From Tubiluchus corallicola (taxonomy: Eukaryota > Animalia > Priapulida): DNA of 22,681 bases. The stretch covers positions 1 through 22,681 of the forward strand of contig JAQGDQ010001877.1 in the NCBI GenBank assembly GCA_030141605.1. Direction: 5' to 3'. Position 1 is the stretch's first letter. Each line of letters opens with the position of its first letter. The position numbers and the translations under genes were made by a program. The notes beneath the pieces are model-generated. The model had not been told where the DNA came from. It saw only the letters and a list, made by a program, of their open reading frames with translations, and searched no databases. Below are positions 1-8,852 of the stretch, one piece after another.

Positions 1-513
1 ATAGACATACACATTTACAATGGTTACATATACAATATCTAGTGAAAGGGCCTACAATGAACGTAATACAAATAAGAAATACTGCACAGGAAAAGCCTCA
101 AACACTGTTCACTTATATACGAAGGTAAATGTGTTGCGGGCAATCAAGAAGCAGGACTTGTTAGATTGTCCCCATTTAGCCTGCCGTTACAAAACGTTTC
201 TCAAACAAGTTGTCTAACTGTTAGATTATAAAATATTTTTTGTGTCCTTCACGATCGTGCGTGCACACGTATGTGCTCATGCGCACGCGCGCACACATTA
301 AAGAGATGTATATACGCTTCCAACAATAAACTTCATAAGTAATTCAATGAAGAAGGCATCGAAAAATTGTAAGCCAAATCTTTTTTGAATATAACTAAAC
401 ATGACGCACGTACATGTAGTTTCATTTTGAGAGCTATAAGATTTAGGAGAAATTCGTTCACTAAACAAATCAATTAATAAAATCTTAACACTTAAATGGT
501 TCTAGACATTGTA

Positions 514-587
514 AACCTAGCCACTGGGGGGAGCAAGCCAGCCCAACTCAGTGCCGGTCCCAAGCCCGGATAAATAGGGAGGGTTAG
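514..587 (+). ncRNA. Twister ribozyme (type P1), lacking the 5' P1 strand
   Basis: The layout is AA, P2 CCTA(516-519)/TAGG(575-578), GC, P3 ACTGGG(523-528)/CTCAGT(547-552), P4 CCGG/CCGG around loop TCCCAAGC(558-565), ATAAA, GAGGG(579-583). The core GCCGGTCCCAAGCCCGGATAAA...GAGGG matches the twister core as I recall it from rice and Schistosoma. Confidence 0.8.
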
Positions 588-1110
588 GGTGAGGAAGGGC
601 ATCCGCCTGTAAAAACTGCGCCAAAACGTTCTATGAATGAGATATCCACAAAGAAGTGGTCAGACCCGCTCTAATCTATGGGCTGGAAGACCGAAGAGAA
701 GAAAATGGATGTGGTGGAGATGAGGATGTTGAGATGGATGGTGGGAATAACAAGAAAAGATAAACCCAGAAATAATAATATCAGAGGAACAGTAAAAGTA
801 GTGGAAGCCTCGCAAGATTGCGATGGTATGGACACCTGAAAAGAAGAGTCGGTGAAGATCATGTGGGAAGGGAGGTCATGGAAATGGAAGTGCTGGGAAA
901 TAGAAGAAGAGGACGACCCAAGCTGAGATGGATTGAATGTATTAATGGAGACCTCAGAGAGAAGAACATAAATGAAGAGATGGTCAACAACAGGAATGCG
1001 TGGAGAAGACTCATTCAAAATGGCGACCCTGCATAGGGAAAAGCTGGGAAGAAGAAGAAGAAGAAAAAGAAAGACATGAAATAAATGTTGGAAAAGCTGG
1101 GAAGAAGAAG
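514..1110 (+). mobile_element. Non-autonomous RTE-clade retroelement (5'UTR fused to ORF2 3' end), copy 1
   Basis: RTE-type 5' leader (gtgccggtcccaagcccggataaa...ggaagggcatcc) is joined to frameshifted ORF2 C-terminal sequence (VVRPALIYGL..EMRMLRWMVGITR..LRWYGHLKRR..RRRGRPKLRW). It has a (GAA)n tail and imperfect TSDs gttctagacattgta (499-513) / gttctggacattgca (1111-1125). A second copy is at 19619-20071. Confidence 0.9.
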
Positions 1111-1313
1111 GTTCTGGACATTGCAACTGTTAAAAAACTGAAGCAGCTTAATTAAGGCAGGTGTAGCTTAATTTGAAGCAAATAATTCAACAGACAAAAC
1201 AGGTTATTGTAGAGTTTCCCACAGATTTCAACATACAAGGACATTCTAATTACTCTCTATAATAATACAAGAAACACCAGCGCCATCTGCAGATTCATGA
1301 AAACAATCATTAC

Positions 1314-1493
1314 CGGTATGTATTCGCATGTGATTCCGATGGTTTGTTGCACTAGAGAACCTGCGACCGCATCCGAGCTGATCGCACGCATACGGCCGTT
1401 CACCCGTGTGCGTCCTCATGTGAACTTTGCGAATGTTAGACGTGGTGAACGAACGATCGCATCCCTCAACTGTACATCTAAATGGTTTCTCTC
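1314..1493 (-). CDS. ZNF143: ZNF143/ZNF76 (Staf) exon: zinc fingers 4-5
   Basis: tttacag|GA...ACCG|gtaatg, 180 nt, phase 1/1. Encodes [59 protein letters not shown]; TSNIRKVH and SATN are characteristic ZNF143/76 helices. The gene continues beyond the left edge. Confidence 0.95.
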
Positions 1494-2030
1494 CTGTAAA
1501 CGCAAAATACAATACATCTAAATGGTTTCTCTCCTGTAAACACAAAAATACAATACATCTAAATGGCTTCTCTCCTATAAACACAAAAATACAATACAGT
1601 CAAATGGCTTCTCTCCTATAAACACAAAAATACAATACAGTCAAATGGCTTCTCTCCTATAAACACAAAAATACAATACAGTCAAATGGCTTCTCTCCAA
1701 TAAACACAAAAATACAATACAGTCAAATGGCTTCTCTCCAATAAACACAAAAATACAATACATCTAAATGGCTTCTCTCCAATAAACACAAAAATACAAT
1801 ACATCTAAATGGTTTCTCTCCTGTAAACACAAAAATACAATACATCTAAATGGTTTCTCTCCTGTAAACACAAAAATACAATACACTCTAAATGGCTTCT
1901 CTCCAATAAACACAAAAATACAATACACTCAAATGGCTTCTCTCCTGTAAACACAAAAATACAATACATCAAATGGCTTCTCTCCAATAAACACAAAAAT
2001 ACAATACATCTAAATGGCTTCTCTCCACTA
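1473..2030. repeat. ~41-bp minisatellite (~14 units) spanning the acceptor site of the ZF4-5 exon
   Basis: Unit catctaaatggtttctctcctgtaaacacaaaaatacaata; the first unit overlaps the first ~21 exon nt. Confidence 0.95.
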
Positions 2031-3223
2031 CACATACAAAAACTATACACCGAGATTCCTTCTCGTTGATAAAAAACATGAACAAACTGTTTCTAACTCA
2101 GTACCTCTTCTTTAAAAAGAAAAGTATCTGTTAATTTTTTTATCAGAAATTTCACTAAAATGCTGGTCTGATGTATGTCATTCATTAAAAAGAACAAGAA
2201 TGATACTCTAGATATTTTGATCACACAGGTCATTGCAAAGCACAGATAAAAATGAGTTTTGCTTTTCATGAAAAAAAACTATAAAACTTCGTTTTCATTT
2301 GATAATTTGTACAAATGCAGATTTTGCTACATTAACCATCATTGTTTACTGTATTGTGCTCAATTAAGTCACACTGAATAATAAAAAACCTAGCCGTCAC
2401 ATTACCTTCTTTCTGTCTGGCTAAATCTTGACTCACTGTCTTGCCAAGTAACTGAATCAAAACACTACAGACACAAAATGAGACAACAAAACACCAAACA
2501 AACATCTAAATGGCTTCTCTCCAATAAACACAAAAATACAATACATCTAAATGGTTTCTCTCCTGTAAACACAAAAATACAATACATCTAAATGGTTTCT
2601 CTCCTGTAAACACAAAAATACAATACATCTAAATGGTTTCTCTCCAATAAACACAAAAATACAATACATCTAAATGGCTTCTCTCCTGTAAACACAAAAA
2701 TACAATACATCTAAATGGTTTCTCTCCAATAAACACAAAAATACAATACATCTAAATGGCTTCTCTCCACTACACATACAAAAACTATACACCGAGATTC
2801 CTTCTCGTTGATAAAAAACATGAACAAACTGTTTCTAACTCAGTACCTCTTCTTTAAAAAGAAAAGTATCTGTTAATTTTTTTATCAGAAATTTCACTAA
2901 AACGCTGGTCTGATGTATGTCATTCATTAAACAGAACAAGAATGATACTTTAGATATTTTGATCACAGGTCATTGCAAAGCACAGATAAAAAATGAGTTT
3001 TGCTTTTCATGAAAAAAAACTATAAAACTTCGTTTTCATTTGATAATTTGTACAAATGCAGATTTTGCTACATTAACCATCATTGTTTACTGTATTGTGC
3101 TCAATTAAGTCACACTGAATAATAAAAAACCTAGCCGTCACATTACCTTCTTTCTGTCTGGCTAAATCTTGACTCACTGTCTTGCCAAGTAACTGAATCA
3201 AAACACTACAGACACAAAATGAG
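2025..3223. repeat. Recent local tandem duplication (2025-2482 ~ 2767-3223, offset ~742 bp) carrying a second block of the 41-bp repeat (2503-2770)
   Basis: Near-identical ~455-bp non-repetitive segments with a few substitutions and indels. AC-rich 20-nt filler at the junction (2483-2502). Confidence 0.92.
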
Positions 3224-3243
3224 TTTACGAATTTTCAATGGAA

Positions 3244-3903
3244 TCACCTGTATGAATTCAATTGACTCACCTGTATGAATTCAATTGACTCACCTGTATG
3301 AATTCAATTGACTCACCTTTATGAATTTAATTGACTCACCTGCACGAATTCAATTGACTCACCTGTATGAATTCAACTGACTCACCTGTATGAATTCAAT
3401 TGACTCACCTGTATGAATTCAATTGACTCACCTGTATGAATTCAATTGACTCACCTGTATGAATTCAATTGACTCACCTGTATGAATTCAATCGCCTCAC
3501 CTGTATGAATTCAATTGACTCACCTGTATGAATTCAATTGACTCACCTGTATGAATTCAATTGACTCACCTGTATGAATTCAATTGACTCACCTGTATGA
3601 ATTCAATTGACTCACCTTTATGAATTTAATTGACTCACCTGCACGAATTCAATTGACTCACCTGTATGAATTCAATTGACTCACCTGTATGAATTCAATC
3701 GCCTCACCTGTATGAATTCAATTGACTCACCTGTATGAATTCAATTGACTCACCTGTATGAATTCAACTGACTCACCTGTATGAATTCAACTGACTCACC
3801 TGTATGAATTCAATTGACTCGCCTGTATGAATTCAACTGACTCACCTGTATGAATTCAATTGACTCACCTGTATGAATTCAACTGACTCACCTGTATGAA
3901 TTC
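3244..3903. repeat. 23-bp minisatellite (~28 units) spanning the donor site of the ZF1-3 exon
   Basis: Unit ttgactcacctgtatgaattcaa, which reads gaattcatacag|GTGAGTcaatt on the minus strand. The terminal unit is the real exon end. Confidence 0.95.
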
Positions 3904-4093
3904 GAATGTGTTTTTGAAGATCTCCAGATGTCTTGAAGCCTTTATTGCACCGCTCGTCGGGACACTTGTAAGGTTTTTCTCCAGTGTGAACACGCAGGTG
4001 ACTTTTCAGCCCGTAGCCAGTAGAGAAAGTCTTACCGCAGCCTGGGATTTCACATTTAAATGGCCTGTACCCTGTATGTACTCTTTCATGAAC
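3892..4093 (-). CDS. ZNF143: ZNF143/ZNF76 exon: end of ZF1, ZF2, ZF3
   Basis: gttacag|GTT...ACAG|gtgagt, 202 nt, phase 0/1. Encodes [67 protein letters not shown] (TGYGLKSH and TSGDLQKH are diagnostic). Confidence 0.95.
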
Positions 4094-4498
4094 CTGTAAC
4101 AAACCATACACGGGTGAGTCACATTTAAATGGCCTGTAGCCTGTGTGTACTCTTTCATGAACCTGTAACAAACCGTACACGGGTGAGTCACATTTAAATG
4201 GCCTGTACCCTGTACGTACTCTTTCATGAACCTGTAACAAACCGTACACAGGTGAGTCACATTTAAATGGCCTGTACCCTGTATGTGCTCTTTCATTTAA
4301 ATGGCCTGTACCCTGTATGTACTCTTTCACGAACCTGTAACGAAACATACACGGGTGGGTCACATTTAAATGGCCTGTACCCTGCATGTACTCTTTCACG
4401 AACCTGTAACGAAACATACACGGGTGGGTCACATTTAAATGGCCTGTACCCTGCATGTACTCTTTCATGAACCTGTAATACACAGGTGGGTCACATTT
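4050..4498. repeat. 69-bp minisatellite (~6.5 units) spanning the acceptor site of the ZF1-3 exon
   Basis: Unit is ~25 nt of intron end plus the first ~44 exon nt ([14 protein letters not shown]). Acceptor CAG copies at 4094, 4163, 4232, 4335, 4404 and 4473; one truncated unit at ~4260-4295. Confidence 0.93.
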
Positions 4499-4861
4499 TC
4501 ATGCACCTCTAACAAACCATAGCCAGGACAATCAAACGTTCGTGCACCCGTATCATACCTTTGCCTGGTGAGTTATCTAGTAAATTGCAAGCAAAATAAC
4601 CAGTAAATGACAAAATTACATTTGGATAAACATTTAATGAATGGCATAGTAGTCAGCAAGAAAAGCTAAAAGCATCTATTGACTGTCACAGCTAAAAAAA
4701 GATCTAATAAACTGCAAAGCAAACCCGATGATTGGTCAAGAACATTTGATGAATGGTGGAAGAGTATCTGCTAAAAGAACACCAGACAAATGCCATAATA
4801 AGTCATAAATTAATGCACTACAATGCATAAAAACAAATACATAAAAGAACATGGAAAAATA

Positions 4862-6015
4862 ACAGCTGGAAAATGGCAATAGAACATCAGGTACATAGCA
4901 GAACAGCTGGAAAATGGAAAAAAAGAACATTAGGTAGATAGCAGAACAGCTGGTAAGCGGTAAAATAACATCAGGTAGATAGCAGAACAGCTGGAAAATG
5001 GTAAAAAGAACATTAGGTAGATAGCAGAACATGGTAAAAGAACATCAGGTAGATAGCAGAACATCTGGTAAATGGAAAAAGAACATCAGGTAGATAGCAG
5101 AACAGCTGGAAAATGGTAAAAGAACATCAGGTAGATAGCAGAACAGCTGGTTAAATGATAAAAGAACATCAAGTAGATAGCAGAACAGCTGGAAAATAGA
5201 AAAAGAACATCAAGTAGATAGCAGAACAGCTGGAAAATAGAAAAAGAACATCAGGTAGATAGCAGAACAGCTGGTAAATGGTAAAAGAACATCAGGTAGA
5301 TAACAGAACAGCTGGTAAATGGTAAAAGAACATCAGGTAGATAGCAGAACAGCTGGAAAACAGTAAAAGAACATCAGGTAGATAGCAGAACAGCTGGAAA
5401 ACTATAAAAGAACATCAGGTAGATAGCACAACAGCTGGAAAATTATAAAAGAACATCAGGTAGATAGCAGAACAGCTGGTAAGCGGTAAAATAACATCAG
5501 GTAGATAGCAGAACAGCTGGAAAATGGTAAAAAGAACATTAGGTAGATAGCAGAACATGGTAAAAGAACATCAGGTAGATAGCAGAACATCTGGTAAATG
5601 GAAAAAGAACATCAGGTAGATAGCAGAACAGCTGGAAAATGGTAAAAGAACATCAGGTAGATAGCAGAACAGCTGGAAAATAGAAAAAGAACATCAGGTA
5701 GATAGCAGAACAGCTGGAAAATAGTAAAAGAACATCAGGTAGATAGCAGAACAGCTGGAAAACTATAAAAGAACATCAGGTAGATAGCACAACAGCTGGA
5801 AAATTATAAAAGAACATCAGGTAGATAGCAGAACAGCTGGAAAATGGTAAAAGAACATCAGGTAGATAGCAGAACAGCTGGAAAATGGAAAAAGAACATC
5901 AGGTAGATAGCAGAACAGCTGGAAAATGGTAAAAGAACATCAGGTAGATAGCACAACAGCTGGAAAATGGTAAAAGAACATCACGTAGATAGCAGAACAG
6001 CTGGGAAATGGTAAT
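4862..6015. repeat. ~41-bp intronic minisatellite (~28 units) with higher-order duplication
   Basis: Unit aaaagaacatcaggtagatagcagaacagctggaaaatggt. The variant ggtaagcggtaaaataac plus a following shortened unit recurs at ~4951 and ~5478. Confidence 0.93.
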
Positions 6016-6081
6016 CAGCACCTGGTTAACTGTAAAATATAAACCATGCAAGTGTTGATTTGTCAAGTGCAAGAGCATTAC

Positions 6082-6225
6082 CTTTACATGGTGTGCCGTA
6101 GTGTACAGTTTTCCACAGCCTTCATAATCACAAATATAAGCTTTTTCTCCTAGTGCCATGGCTCGAACGCTTCCGTGTGGTTGAGTTTGACCGTATGTCT
6201 TCGAGGGTGACGACTTGGAAGAGTG
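6082..6225 (-). CDS. ZNF143: ZNF143/ZNF76 exon: linker and most of ZF1
   Basis: cttaccag|CAC...AAG|gtaatg, 144 nt, phase 0/0. Encodes HSSK...[24 protein letters not shown] (compare human [23 protein letters not shown], from memory). Confidence 0.93.
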
Positions 6226-6471
6226 CTGGTAAGAAATGAAAACAATGCTTGGTAGACGACATATACCACATAACATCACCAGGTACATTCCATGTTAATT
6301 AGTTATTTATCTACCTTATGTATGTACTTTGTAATTTACAAGAAACAAGAAAGTAGTAAATTTGTAAGTTAGTAAATTTGTAAGTTTATTAAAAAAATAC
6401 ATTAATTAATAAATACATCAATAAATAGTGACTAGAGAGCAGTTTAGCCATTATAGTATCTTATCACTCAC

Positions 6472-6482
6472 AGACTTTCCAT
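6472..6482 (-). CDS. ZNF143: Candidate 11-nt micro-exon of ZNF143
   Basis: ggtttgttttcag|ATGGAAAGTCT|gtgagt. In frame (N-G-K-S) if the upstream exon uses the donor at 7424|7423. Confidence 0.55.
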
Positions 6483-6494
6483 CTGAAAACAAAC

Positions 6495-6859
6495 CTAACG
6501 GGTAAGTACTAGATGATATTAGCTAACGGGTAAGTACTAGATGATATTAGCTAACAGGTAAGTACTAGATGAAATTAGCTAACAGGTAAGTACTAGATGA
6601 TATTAGCTAACAGGTAAGTACTAGATGATATTAGCTAACAGGTAAGTACTAGATGATATTAGCTAACGGGTAAGTACTAGATGATATTAGCTAACAGGTA
6701 AGTACTAGATGATATTAGCTAACAGGTAAGTACTAGATGATATTAGCTAACAGGTAAGTACTAGATGATATTAGCTAACAGGTAAGTACTAGATGATATT
6801 AGCTAACAGGTAAGTACTAGATGATATTAGCTAACAGGTAAGTACTAGATGATATTAGC
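6495..6859. repeat. 28-bp minisatellite (13 units)
   Basis: Unit ctaacaggtaagtactagatgatattag, nearly homogeneous. Confidence 0.95.
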
Positions 6860-7065
6860 ACCTGGTCTAGTTTTATCTACAGTAGTTTAACATTGTCTAA
6901 ATAAAATATTTAGCTAAATGCTGAAAATGTGAAGTAGTAAGCATCATGTGAATGGTTGATATAAATACAGTTACTTTAACAACAAAATCACTAAACCTGG
7001 AAATCATTGATTTTAGGAAATTTCCTAAACTGGATCATTGATCAGTTCAGCTTATTGATTAAATA

Positions 7066-7397
7066 TAGTCGACCCTCGTTAAACCGGACCCCGTTAGCCC
7101 GGATATCGGATAAGACGGACGTCATCCGTGGTAAAGGAAACTGACCGATTTCCGTCCGAGCCGGAGCGCTAAACACAACACGGCCTACCAACTGTACAAT
7201 CATTTCTTTATCCTCACAGGTTAACTATTTTAAAGTAATATACAGTATAGTATATAGTGCAATGTATATAGGCCTTATTAAGGTGATTATTCCTGTATAA
7301 TATGGACCATATATAGGCATATCGGATAAATCGGACAATCGGCTAAACCGGACCACCCACCCACCCCCAATTAGTCCGGTTTAACGAGGGTTGACTG
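7066..7397. mobile_element. Tc1/mariner-pogo (Tigger-like) MITE
   Basis: ~24-bp TIRs (t/c)agtcgaccctcgttaaaccggac / gtccggtttaacgagggttgactg, flanked by TA on both sides; no ORF. Confidence 0.88.
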
Positions 7398-7418
7398 TAA
7401 CTAGAGCATAGCGTTTAC

Positions 7419-7516
7419 CTCACTTGTGACAATAGCATTAGCAAGTTGTTCATCAAGATCAGCATGTGAGATATATGCAGTTGATCCATCCTCTAATTGT
7501 ACAGCATGTAAACCAT
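7419..7516 (-). CDS. ZNF143: ZNF143/ZNF76 exon: fourth N-terminal activation repeat (missed by the ORF track)
   Basis: ttttacag|ATGGT..., phase 1. Encodes DGLHAVQLEDGSTAYISHADLDEQLANAIVT(SE). Two possible donors: gtaaac after 7419 or gtgagg after 7424. Confidence 0.9.
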
Positions 7517-7634
7517 CTGTAAAATTGATCAAATTTTTCACAAACTGTTTAATCACACCATCTATCAAGTATCAAACACGCTGCAAATGACAAATTAGCA
7601 AACGTTTCTAGTTTTCGCTAAAACTGAAGTTATT

Positions 7635-7713
7635 AGACATCATGTAATCTCAGCAGGACAGACATCGCACAATCTCAGCAGAACAGACATCGCACAATCT
7701 CAGCAGAACAGAC
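7635..7713. repeat. 25-bp tandem repeat (~3 units)
   Basis: Unit agacatcgcacaatctcagcagaac. Confidence 0.75.
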
Positions 7714-8026
7714 CAGACGAATAATTGTGAACTGCTGACACAGACTGCCTTAACCTGTCAAACTACTGCAAGACAAACTGAAACGTTATAGCAATGATAT
7801 TTCTATTAGTGAGACATGTTACGGTTTTAGGAATGAAATCTCAAGCAACTACAAAGATACAAATTGAACAGTACCACCAGTGCTACTGTCTGAGTCGTTT
7901 TTGTTAAAATGCACGTTGCAAATCATGCTGCAGTACAAAACGCAAAGCAAAGTTGTAACATCAAAACCTCGAGAATCCTGAAAAATGCTAGTGATAAATT
8001 TATTACATATAAGTTCTATTGGGGAT

Positions 8027-8485
8027 CCTTTCAGTCCCAAATTATTTTTTTAATAAGGAAAATTTTTTTGGCTTGGTACTTTTGTTCAGTATGTTCATCT
8101 TGTTTACACATAATAATTATTTTTTTCTACCTGTGCCCCCGTGCTAAATATAGCCTGTATCCCACGGGATACATTGGGATTCAATGGAAGTATAAAATGT
8201 GCTTCATTTTGCAACTGCTGATAATTTTTTAAAGTATTTAAGACATTCAGTATGCACGCTATGCTGATCTGTATAAAGTCGTCTCTAAAGTACTGTACCT
8301 TGCGCAGTTTTATATGCTATGTAGATTTTCTAGTTTGCCCTTTTATCACCATTTTTAGTCGATTGTTATTGGCTTAAATCAAAATAACTATTAACAGATC
8401 AAATAAATGTCAGTTTTAAAATTTTATTCATTTTAAAGGCAGAAAATATTCTCGTATCCCACGGGATACAACGGGTATGAAAGGG
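8027..8485. mobile_element. piggyBac-like MITE, copy 1 (left end eroded)
   Basis: cctttcagtccc...gggtatgaaaggg followed by TTAA; highly similar to 10400-10857. Confidence 0.8.
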
Positions 8486-8530
8486 TTAAACTAGAAAAAT
8501 TGCCATTGTTCTGCATAAGAAATAACATAC

Positions 8531-8728
8531 CAATACTTGTAGCACTTCCGTGTATGTAAGCCGTTGCTCCGCTGTCTAATAATATGGATTCACCAGAGGC
8601 AAGTGAGGATCCTGGGCTCTGATTCAATATGTCCTTGAATCTTTTGAATGCACTAAAATCTTTTGTCACTGCTTGTAGATACGCAGTGCTGCCATCTTCT
8701 AGCAAAACTTCCAGTTTTTCTGATGAGC
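8531..8728 (-). CDS. ZNF143: ZNF143/ZNF76 exon: activation repeats 2-3
   Basis: aaacag|GC...ATTG|gtatgt, 198 nt, phase 1/1. Encodes SSEKLEVLLEDGSTAYLQAV...ILLDSGATAYIHGSATSI. Confidence 0.88.
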
Positions 8729-8852
8729 CTGTTTGTTAAAGAGATACACCTGTATGGACATGCAGCTAATACAAAATTATAGGTAAAACTGGTGAGGGTG
8801 ATATGAATGGTTCAATGTTCAGTGGTTGAGTGGCTACAGTGTACGCTTAGTA

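Noticed and set aside
250-297. Alternating purine-pyrimidine, semi-palindromic stretch
   Set aside because: Short degenerate (CA/CG/TG)n microsatellite with no other support.
671-1126. 151-aa minus-strand ORF (and 19784-20032)
   Set aside because: Antisense shadow of the purine-rich RTE ORF2 remnant.
2385-2400. aaaacctagcc (also at ~3127) matching the RTE element start
   Set aside because: The match ends after ~11 nt with no ribozyme core downstream; probably chance.
3244-6859. CRISPR-like arrays of 23-41 bp repeats
   Set aside because: The units are head-to-tail with no unique spacers, there are no cas genes, and the context is a eukaryotic intron.
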